A DNA stretch of 64,000 nt, from positions 196,337-260,336 of the forward strand of contig JBBRLI010000002.1 in assembly GCA_038231455.1 (NCBI GenBank), read 5' to 3'. Made by a program: the position numbers and the translations under genes. The notes beneath the pieces were generated by a model. It ran no database searches and was not told where the DNA came from. It was given only the letters and a program-made list of their open reading frames with translations. This stretch comes from Vulcanimicrobiales bacterium. GTDB lineage: Bacteria; Vulcanimicrobiota; Vulcanimicrobiia; Vulcanimicrobiales; Vulcanimicrobiaceae. Positions 31,072 through 37,605 of the stretch are shown in pieces; the first letter of the stretch is position 1; the number at the start of each line of letters is the position of its first letter.

Positions 31072-31716
31072 ATGGCGCTCACGCAGCCCGCGGACGGGCT
31101 CGACTATCACGAGCGGCCGGACGAGGACCTCGTCTCCGCGGCCAAATCTGGCGACAATCTCGCGATGGAATTCTTGCTCAACAAATACAAGAATTTTGTC
31201 CGAATCAAAGCCAAAAGCTACTTCCTCATCGGTGCGGATCGCGAAGATATCATCCAAGAAGGGATGATCGGACTCTATAAGGCCGTTCGCGACTTCAAGG
31301 CTGACAAGCTTTCCAGCTTCCGCGCGTTTGCGGAACTCTGTATCACGCGTCAGATTATCACCGCGATCAAGACCGCAACGCGTCAGAAGCACATCCCGCT
31401 CAACCAGTACATCTCGCTCAACAAGCCGATCTACGACGAAGACAGCGAACGCACGCTGCTCGACGTGATGGCCTCGCAGAAGACCTCCGATCCCGAAGAG
31501 CTCGTGATCAACCAGGAAGTCTCCGAGGACATCAAAGAGCGGATCCAAGAGAACCTCTCCGATCTCGAATCGCAAGTCTTGCTCTCGTACCTCGAAGGCA
31601 AGAGCTACCAGGAAATGGCGCGCGACCTCAACCGTCACGTGAAATCGATCGATAACGCGCTCCAGCGCGTGAAACGGAAGATCGAAAAGAATCTCTCGGA
31701 GATCGAACTGCCCTAA
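31072..31716 (+). CDS. sigH: RNA polymerase sigma factor SigH (Spo0H type)
   Basis: KAKSYFLIGADREDIIQEGMIGLYKA, FAELCITRQIITAIKTATRQKHIPLN, HVKSIDNALQRVKRK are SigH signature segments. Confidence 0.95.
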   Translation: MALTQPADGLDYHERPDEDLVSAAKSGDNLAMEFLLNKYKNFVRIKAKSYFLIGADREDIIQEGMIGLYKAVRDFKADKLSSFRAFAELCITRQIITAIKTATRQKHIPLNQYISLNKPIYDEDSERTLLDVMASQKTSDPEELVINQEVSEDIKERIQENLSDLESQVLLSYLEGKSYQEMARDLNRHVKSIDNALQRVKRKIEKNLSEIELP

Positions 31717-31748
31717 CCGTCCACCGACCTTCGGTGATAACGAAAAAG

Positions 31749-31780
31749 AGAACCGGCGCCTTAGGCGACCGGTTCTTTTT
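31749..31780 (+). terminator. Intrinsic terminator after sigH (overlaps 3' end of convergent gene)
   Basis: AGAACCGG-CGCCT/AGGCG-CCGGTTCT stem followed by T-run. Confidence 0.7.
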
Positions 31781-32126
31781 CTTGGACGGTTTCGAGTTCG
31801 GCGACGATGCGATCGTAGATTGCCTCGCGATCGAGCGCCTCGAAGACAAGACACCGCTGCGCGTTGCCGCTTGCGATCGGGTCGATAAGGATCGTGACGC
31901 CGCCGCGCGCGCAAACATCAAGACAACTCGTCATCACGACGCGGATCGGGCCCCATTTGCCTTCGGCTTTGAGGCGATCTTTGAGCCAGCGCTTGAGTTC
32001 GAGTCGCTCGTCTCCCGCATATTCGGGAAAATCTTCAACGAAGCGCTGCGCCGTGCACTTCTCACAAACGAGCGCAAGGCCGCCGGACTTCGCCCAGATC
32101 GGTTTTGCTTCTACGGGTTCTGCCAT
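31761..32126 (-). CDS. Thioredoxin-like (2Fe-2S) ferredoxin-type / Cys-motif protein
   Basis: LVCEKC ... TSCLDVC pattern. Confidence 0.6.
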   Translation of the reverse strand: MAEPVEAKPIWAKSGGLALVCEKCTAQRFVEDFPEYAGDERLELKRWLKDRLKAEGKWGPIRVVMTSCLDVCARGGVTILIDPIASGNAQRCLVFEALDREAIYDRIVAELETVQEKEPVA

Positions 32127-32185
32127 CGCTCTCTCACTTCGCGTCGATCCACGCCGAAACCGTCTGGGGCGTTACTCGCGGGACG

Positions 32186-32761
32186 CTAATGGGCGCTGCT
32201 CCAGCGCTTGAAGAGATCGTTATCGATGCCGAATTGATCGAGCGCTTTGCCGACGGTATGTGCGATGACGTCGTCGATCGTTTTCGGACGCGCATACATG
32301 CCGGGGACCGGCGGCAAGATGACCGCACCGAGTTCGGCAAGTTGCACGAGCGTCCGTAAGTGACCGAGATGGAGCGGTGTTTCGCGCACGATCATTACAA
32401 GACGTCGGCGTTCTTTGAGGCAGACGTCGGCCGCGCGCGTGAGCAGGTTCGAATTGAACGAGTGCGCGACGGCCGAGGCGGTCTTAATCGAGCACGGGAT
32501 AATCAGCATGCCCTCGGTTTTAAACGAACCGCTTGAGATCGAGGCCGCAAGGTCCGTGTCGCGATGCAGTACATCGGCGAGCGCTTCAAAATCGGCCGCC
32601 GTATAGTCCGTTTCGAGTTCGATCGTCTGGCGCGCTTGCTCGGAGAGGACGACGTGGACTTCATAGCCGCCGATCGCCCGGAGCGCCTGGAGTGCCGCGA
32701 TTGCATAGAGGCTGCCGCTGGCGCCGGAAATGCCGACGATAAGGCGACGCGGAGCGGTCAT
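32186..32761 (-). CDS. ubiX: Flavin prenyltransferase
   Basis: LIVGISGASG, ISSGSF, PCS, RAADVCLKERR, RETPL. Confidence 0.94.
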   Translation of the reverse strand: MTAPRRLIVGISGASGSLYAIAALQALRAIGGYEVHVVLSEQARQTIELETDYTAADFEALADVLHRDTDLAASISSGSFKTEGMLIIPCSIKTASAVAHSFNSNLLTRAADVCLKERRRLVMIVRETPLHLGHLRTLVQLAELGAVILPPVPGMYARPKTIDDVIAHTVGKALDQFGIDNDLFKRWSSAH

Positions 32762-32900
32762 CGAGCGATCCCGATCGAGTGGAGAAGAAGAATGTGGACC
32801 GGCACCATGACTCCCGTCTTGACGATTGCGAGCGGACTCTCCGCCCACCGGGGTTGGACTACGGCAAGAGCAACGATGAGCCGCGCGCAATCAGGCCCTC

Positions 32901-33275
32901 ATGAGCAAAAAGAAACCGATCGAAACGTCGAGCGCGCCAGCCGCCGCAGGCCCCTACTCGCAAGGGATCCGTTTTGGCGACCTCGTTTTCATCGCCGGTC
33001 AGCGCCCGGCCGATCCCGTTTCCGGCGAAATCCCAGCCGATCTTGCAGCGCAAACGCGTCGGGTGCTCGAGAACGTGAAAGCCGTTCTCGAAGCCGGCGG
33101 TTCGTCGATGGATCAAGTTCTCAAAGTCAACGTCTACCTGAGCGATCTCGGTGACTTTGCCGCGATGAACAAAATCTACAAAGAATATTTCAGCGAACCG
33201 CACCCGGTACGCACGACGATCGGATGCGCGCTGCGCGGAATAAAGATCGAGGTCGACGCGATCGGCTACCGGTAG
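32901..33275 (+). CDS. RidA/YjgF-family enamine deaminase
   Basis: APAAAGPYSQGI, FAAMNKIY, PVRT, IEVDAI. Confidence 0.93.
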   Translation: MSKKKPIETSSAPAAAGPYSQGIRFGDLVFIAGQRPADPVSGEIPADLAAQTRRVLENVKAVLEAGGSSMDQVLKVNVYLSDLGDFAAMNKIYKEYFSEPHPVRTTIGCALRGIKIEVDAIGYR

Positions 33276-33296
33276 GCATCACCGGCGGCACACGCT

Positions 33297-33662
33297 TTAG
33301 CGGTTAGAGAATGAGACGGCGAATCGGTATGTCGACTTCACCGGAACGCAATTCACAATCTGCGTTTGAAACGTGCTATTTTTCGCCGAGACGATTGAAG
33401 CCGCTCGGAGCTCGAATGGACCCGAAATCGCGATGGGTTTACCGACAATCTTACTCTGCTCGTCGAGTTCGATGCGCACTTGGACCGTGCCGGTAGTTCC
33501 TGACATCATTGCATCCGTTGGAAACTCCGGTCGGGCGACCGTGAGAACGCGCGCTGGAGAATCTGGGCGCGTGCACGTGGACTCGGTTTGAGCCATGGCT
33601 GCGGTAGTAATTCCAAAAACGGTCGCGGCCACGACAAATGCTGCTAGAATTGCTTGCTTCAT
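33297..33662 (-). CDS. Secreted TonB C-terminal domain protein
   Basis: Signal peptide; PEFP..A..G.TGTVQVRIELD...; GAGG RBS. Confidence 0.7.
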   Translation of the reverse strand: MKQAILAAFVVAATVFGITTAAMAQTESTCTRPDSPARVLTVARPEFPTDAMMSGTTGTVQVRIELDEQSKIVGKPIAISGPFELRAASIVSAKNSTFQTQIVNCVPVKSTYRFAVSFSNR

Positions 33663-33690
33663 CGCGTCTCCTCATCCCGAACGAAGTCAC

Positions 33691-33736
33691 TAGCCGACGG
33701 AGGGATTTGAACCCCCGACCCGCTGTTTACAAAACA
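33691..33736 (-). repeat. att site: duplicated 3' half of tRNA-Thr(TGT)
   Basis: TAGCCGACGGAGGGATTTGAACCCCCGACCCGCTGTTTACAAAACA identical to 35144-35189. Confidence 0.93.
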
Positions 33737-33842
33737 AGGTTTTTGCCCGATTGAGCGTCGTTCCCCTCGTGGAATCTAGCGGACTCTCGGGACATATTCG
33801 CCTTTGAGGTCCGCCAGTTGCGGTCGAAAATTGCGGTCAGAT

Positions 33843-34090
33843 TTACGCCCGCGATCGCGCCGGCGGCATGAACCGGTCGAGCGCGATCGCGGCGTCCTTT
33901 TGCATGTTCGGCATTACGTGGCCGTACGTGTCCAGGGTGAACGCAGCCGACGCATGACCGATGCGCTCCGAGATGACCTTGTCGTGGATCCCCGCTGCGA
34001 TCATTAGGGTTACCGCGGTGTGGCGCAGATCATAGAGTCGAAGGTATGGGATGCCTGCGGCCTCGCGCAACTTCTGGAACGTCTTACGTC
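33843..34090 (-). pseudogene. Tyrosine recombinase/integrase C-terminal fragment
   Basis: LRLYDLRHTAVT...ISERIGHAS..FTLDTYGH (boxes with catalytic R, H, Y); N-terminal domains absent. Confidence 0.88.
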
Positions 34091-34091
34091 T

Positions 34092-34311
34092 TGAAGCGGC
34101 CGTCAGCTCCGGCACGAACATCGTCGAAGGCGCGGCTACGGCGTTTCTCGCGAAGTCGGCGTCGGCCGGCCCGCTCGCGATCGTCGTCCCGTTCTTCGAA
34201 GGCCCGCTGCTCGGGTACGTCGCCGGTCTCGTGCAAAAAGGAACGAATACCGTTCCGGCACTGTACGATGAGGCGGTCGCGTTCCTCGAAAAAGAAGAAG
34301 CTTACCTGTAA
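34092..34311 (+). pseudogene. 3' remnant of a hypothetical (phage-like) gene
   Basis: Open frame ending in TAA 34311 followed by terminator; 5' part abuts the integrase stub, suggesting an internal deletion; boundary approximate. Confidence 0.45.
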
Positions 34312-34344
34312 GGGAATCTATCCGGCGACAGCCGAGACTACCGC

Positions 34345-34389
34345 AAAAGCCCGCTCTCCGGATCTCACCGGGAGCGGGCTTTTCTTTTT
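34345..34389 (+). terminator. Intrinsic (bidirectional) terminator
   Basis: AAAAGCCCGCTC...GAGCGGGCTTTT plus T-rich tail. Confidence 0.8.
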
Positions 34390-34408
34390 CAAATGCACGC
34401 ACAATCGC

Positions 34409-34446
34409 TTGATTGTGATACTGTCATGTGATATGATACTGTCATG
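34409..34446 (+). promoter_or_regulatory. Leaderless hicA promoter with operator repeats
   Basis: TTGATT-17 bp-TATGAT, ATG 6 nt downstream; TGATACTGTCATG repeated at 34416-34428 and 34434-34446. Confidence 0.7.
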
Positions 34447-34641
34447 AAGGCGCGAGAATTAGTGAAGCTGGCGAAAGACAACGGATGGACGCTCGCGCGA
34501 GTGAACGGCAGCCACCACGTTTTCGTTCATCCGCCGTTCGCGAAGGTTCTCGTCATCCCGATCCACGGTATGAACGACGACATTCCGAACGGCTTGCTCC
34601 ACAAGCTCCGCAAGACCATCGAAGAGGCGAAGGCTGAATGA
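34444..34641 (+). CDS. hicA: HicA-family toxin
   Basis: MKARELVKL...GW...NGSHHVFVHP...IPIHG..DIPNG. Confidence 0.92.
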   Translation: MKARELVKLAKDNGWTLARVNGSHHVFVHPPFAKVLVIPIHGMNDDIPNGLLHKLRKTIEEAKAE

Positions 34642-34844
34642 AATATCACATCATCTTTGAGCGTGCCGAGGACGGCCGCATCTGGGCTCACGTGCCGGAT
34701 TTCGATAATGTCGCCGGCAGCGGTGTCTCGATCGACGAGGCCCGCGTATCCCTCTTCAAGAGCATGGATCTGGCTCGAGAGTTCGGCGATCCACTCGTTC
34801 CGAAATCGAACGTCATCGCGGTGGAAGTCGCCGACGTCGCGTGA
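34638..34844 (+). CDS. hicB: HicB-family antitoxin (short form, no C-terminal DNA-binding domain)
   Basis: MKYHIIFE..EDG.IWAHVPDF...GSG.SIDEA; 68 aa; ATGA overlap with hicA. Confidence 0.88.
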   Translation: MKYHIIFERAEDGRIWAHVPDFDNVAGSGVSIDEARVSLFKSMDLAREFGDPLVPKSNVIAVEVADVA

Positions 34845-35020
34845 GTACGCCCGCTGATTGGAAGCGCGCGCAGCGAGAGCGCGCGCTCGCGCACCATCTT
34901 TGCATGGTGTGTTGCAAGCAGCCGCCGCGTCCTCACCGCAAAACGTGCGCGGACTGTTCCACGGCCGCTTACGCGCGCGTGAAGTTGCGTCGTTCGAAGT
35001 TGCGCCAAGACGCATCGTAG
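34841..35020 (+). CDS. Small basic CxxC...CxxC zinc-finger-like protein (59 aa; not in ORF track)
   Basis: GTG overlaps hicB TGA; translates MSTPADWKRAQRERALAHHLCMVCCKQPPRPHRKTCADCSTAAYARVKLRRSKLRQDAS. Confidence 0.65.
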   Translation: MSTPADWKRAQRERALAHHLCMVCCKQPPRPHRKTCADCSTAAYARVKLRRSKLRQDAS

Positions 35021-35113
35021 CCGAAAACAGCGGTCCGCTTTAGGTGTGCTAAATCGTCGTTTTGCGGTCAGTATTGCGGTCAGACACTTCGGTAACGGCA
35101 AGCCGAGGAATGC

Positions 35114-35139
35114 AAAAGCCCCGTAAATACGGGGCTTTT
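35114..35139 (-). terminator. Terminator downstream of tRNA-Thr(TGT)
   Basis: AAAAGCCCCGTA-AA-TACGGGGCTTTT perfect stem. Confidence 0.8.
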
Positions 35140-35144
35140 CGAAT

Positions 35145-35216
35145 AGCCGACGGAGGGATTTGAACCCCCGACCCGCTGTTTACAAAACAGCCGCTCTACC
35201 CCTGAGCTACGTCGGC
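35145..35216 (-). tRNA. tRNA-Thr(TGT)
   Basis: Cloverleaf GCCGACG/CGTCGGC acceptor, anticodon arm GCTGT-TTTGTAA-ACAGC, GGTTCAAATCC T-arm; CCA not encoded. Confidence 0.96.
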
Positions 35217-35333
35217 ACGACGAGGCCTTTTCGCGAAAATGGACCCAAGCCCATCCCACTCGACGAAAGACATTCGTTCGCTTCGCCCAAGGAGACCGGC
35301 GTCTGTGAGGCGTACTGGATGGGCTGCCATCAT

Positions 35334-35418
35334 GGGTAGGTGGTCGAGTGGTTAAAGGCATTGGACTGTAAATCCAACGCGCTAACGCGCTACGCAGGTT
35401 CGAATCCTGCCCTGCCCA
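35334..35418 (+). tRNA. tRNA-Tyr(GTA)
   Basis: Anticodon arm TTGGA-CTGTAAA-TCCAA, long variable arm, GGTTCGAATCC. Confidence 0.96.
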
Positions 35419-35429
35419 GGTTGTAACGC

Positions 35430-35460
35430 AAACGCGCCGCGGAAACTCCGTGGCGCGTTT
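35430..35460. terminator. Bidirectional terminator between tRNA-Tyr and convergent gene
   Basis: AAACGCGCCGCGGA-AAC-TCCGTGGCGCGTTT. Confidence 0.75.
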
Positions 35461-35478
35461 GTCGTTTGTATCCGCCGA

Positions 35479-36600
35479 CTACGGTGTCTTGACGAAGCCT
35501 GCTGGGATATCGAAGAGCGTCGCGGCCGTGGCGTCGAGCGTTTTGAGATTTCCCCGCTCGGTCAAAAATCCGATCATGCTGGGCGTTCCGCTTGCTGCAG
35601 GTGCAGGCGACGCACCTCCGCCGGCGTTCATCGTTACGAGCGAGTAGAGCGGCAACTTTGCCGTCGGGACGGTGGGGCCGCTCTGGTGATTGGTGAACGT
35701 CGGGCGACAGCCGCCGGAAGATTGAGGCGGCGTCATCATATCGGTTGCGTTTTGTGGAATCGGAGCACGTCGCACCGGGCACGACGCGGCGCTCGGTCGA
35801 TTGAGCGCGGAATAATACGCGGTCGTTTTAATGGCAAACGAGCCGTCTTTGCAACTTCCGGTCGCGTTTGTTACGGCGACGGCCGCGGTCGAATCATAGC
35901 CGACGGTCGGGACGTTCTCGATGCGCTGCGATCCAAGTAATTTCGTTGTCGCGCTGAAATCGAAGTTCGCCGTGCCCGGTGCCGACGGTGCGCCGGCTGC
36001 CGGACCGCGCGCCTTACGCGGTTCCGGTGCGGACGGTTTTGCCGCAGTCATCGCTGCCTCGCTGTTCGGGTCGACGATCGCGTAGGTTTTCTTCGCAAGG
36101 TCGAGCGTGATGACTTGTCCGGCGTCGCACTTGCGAATCGTCGCGTTCTGCGCGGTGACGTCGTCGATGCGTTCCCAACCGTTGTAGTAGCTATAGCGCA
36201 GCAGATGCGGCGTGAGGAAACCGCGCATGGATGCCGCGAGTGCGCCGAATTGCGCGCCGAGTTGTGCGTCCATCGCGTTTCCGATCGCATTCGAGGCAGC
36301 GTCGCCGGCTAGGGCACCCGCCGCTCCATCCACTCCGCCGGTGAGAACGGCCGATGCGATATTGCCCAAGCTAAATCCGCGCTTCTTGGGAGCCGGAGTC
36401 GGGCTTGCGGCTGCGGCCGGGGCCGATAGCGCCGCAAGGTCGGTTTGAAAGCTGCCCGGCGGCGGCGGCGTTGCGTTGATGACAATGCGGACGATTTCAT
36501 CGTAGCTCAAGCCCGGCGTCGGTGCGGCGAACGGACGACTGGGCGCGAGAAGCACGAAGATTGCGATTGCACCGGTCAGACGAAGAAGCGAGCGTTTCAT
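35479..36600 (-). CDS. Secreted hypothetical protein
   Basis: ATG 36600 gives signal peptide MKRSLLRLTGAIAIFVLLA; ends LFDIPAGFVK (DUF4412-like tail). Confidence 0.75.
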   Translation of the reverse strand: MKRSLLRLTGAIAIFVLLAPSRPFAAPTPGLSYDEIVRIVINATPPPPGSFQTDLAALSAPAAAASPTPAPKKRGFSLGNIASAVLTGGVDGAAGALAGDAASNAIGNAMDAQLGAQFGALAASMRGFLTPHLLRYSYYNGWERIDDVTAQNATIRKCDAGQVITLDLAKKTYAIVDPNSEAAMTAAKPSAPEPRKARGPAAGAPSAPGTANFDFSATTKLLGSQRIENVPTVGYDSTAAVAVTNATGSCKDGSFAIKTTAYYSALNRPSAASCPVRRAPIPQNATDMMTPPQSSGGCRPTFTNHQSGPTVPTAKLPLYSLVTMNAGGGASPAPAASGTPSMIGFLTERGNLKTLDATAATLFDIPAGFVKTP

Positions 36601-36692
36601 GTTGGTCGCTTCCGCGAGCACGAGGGTCGCCCTCTTGGCCTGTGCGACGTCGGCAAGGGACACGCAGCGCCTTGCGGTAAGCAGAAGCGAGC

Positions 36693-36766
36693 GCGGGCGT
36701 TGCATAATGGTAATGCCCTTGCCTTCCAAGCAAGAGTCGCGGGTTCGATTCCCGCCGCCCGCTCCA
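36693..36766 (+). tRNA. tRNA-Gly(TCC)
   Basis: Anticodon arm CTTGC-CTTCCAA-GCAAG; encoded CCA. Confidence 0.96.
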
Positions 36767-36786
36767 CATTTATCCGCACGGTCCGC

Positions 36787-37311
36787 CTAAAGAAACGGCG
36801 GGCGTTTGCCCGAGGTGTTGTTGCAAAACAGCATGTGCTCGGCGTGGGGCACGTACCAGGCATGGATGTCGTAATGTGGCACCATCAATCCCTTATGGCC
36901 ATGCTTCTCGTACCAAATATCGATGTGATCGATTTTATAGCCCGGTAGCGGCTGGATCTCGTCGAGGTTGAAGCCGTCGTTGAACTGCTGCACGGTCGGC
37001 ATGTATTCGGTGAACGTTGCCTTGCCGTTGTAGTATCCGTAAATCGGACCGAACGGCCAGTCGGCGTCCTTCGCGTAGTGATAGCCCATTGAGGGGACGC
37101 AGCCACTTTCGGGAGAGAGCCCGAGCGGGAGTCCGGCGGGATCCTTCGGCCCCATCGTCATGAGCATTTTCATGATTTCCGGCGTCATGCCGGGCGGCAT
37201 CGGAGGAGGAGGCGAGGGCGGTGTCTGCGCGATCGCCAGACCTCCGGCGAGCGAAAGAGCCATCGCAACTCCCGCGACGACTTTAAGAATGGATCGGATC
37301 GAAAATCTCAT
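36787..37311 (-). CDS. Secreted Met/His-rich protein (DUF5602-like)
   Basis: ATG 37311, signal peptide, GCVPSMGYHY ... HGHKGLMVPHYDIH. Confidence 0.7.
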   Translation of the reverse strand: MRFSIRSILKVVAGVAMALSLAGGLAIAQTPPSPPPPMPPGMTPEIMKMLMTMGPKDPAGLPLGLSPESGCVPSMGYHYAKDADWPFGPIYGYYNGKATFTEYMPTVQQFNDGFNLDEIQPLPGYKIDHIDIWYEKHGHKGLMVPHYDIHAWYVPHAEHMLFCNNTSGKRPPFL

Positions 37312-37317
37312 GCGATG

Positions 37318-37350
37318 ATCGTAGGCGTCAGCCGTCCAAAGAGCGTCCAA
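37318..37350 (-). promoter_or_regulatory. Heptamer direct-repeat (SARP-type) promoter 1
   Basis: TTGGACG-N4-TTGGACG-N9-TACGAT-N6-ATG(37311). Confidence 0.65.
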
Positions 37351-37360
37351 GTCGCAAACA

Positions 37361-37600
37361 TCAGCGATCTCCGGATTGCGCGTCGTCCTCCGATTTGAGG
37401 CGATCGCGCTGTGCCGACTCTTGCAGCGCCAAACGTTCGTGCAAAGTGATGAACTCGCAGAGATCGCTAAGGTTGGAAAAGTAGCGCACGTTCGTCGAGC
37501 CAACGTGCAACGCACGGCCGCGCCAGTGGCCGGCGGAATCTTGCGCTTCACACCAGACGCGAACGACGAAGGACTCTTCAATTCGGACTTTGGGCGTCAT
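37361..37600 (-). CDS. Small hypothetical protein downstream of the BTAD/STAND regulator
   Basis: ESFVVRVWCE...WRGRALHV...YFSNLSDLCEFI; ATG 37600 (GTG 37609 alternative). Confidence 0.7.
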   Translation of the reverse strand: MTPKVRIEESFVVRVWCEAQDSAGHWRGRALHVGSTNVRYFSNLSDLCEFITLHERLALQESAQRDRLKSEDDAQSGDR

Positions 37601-37605
37601 GCCCG

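Larger units (their letters stand above)
33691..35189. mobile_element. Degenerate integrative element/prophage remnant integrated in tRNA-Thr(TGT)
   Basis: Bounded by identical 46-bp repeats (33691-33736, 35144-35189); contains tyrosine integrase 3' stub and hicAB. Confidence 0.88.

Noticed and set aside
32186-32761. ubiX as part of the catabolic island
   Set aside because: No ubiD partner in the window and it lies beyond the housekeeping block; stand-alone ubiX is common
32762-32900. Possible small ORF or gene remnant upstream of ubiX ending in an ATGA overlap
   Set aside because: No convincing start or motif; cannot be supported from sequence alone
33691-33736. Second tRNA-Thr gene
   Set aside because: Only the 3' half is present; it is an att duplication
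36601-36729. N-terminal extension of the secreted protein given in the ORF track
   Set aside because: Runs through tRNA-Gly; ATG 36600 gives a proper signal peptide
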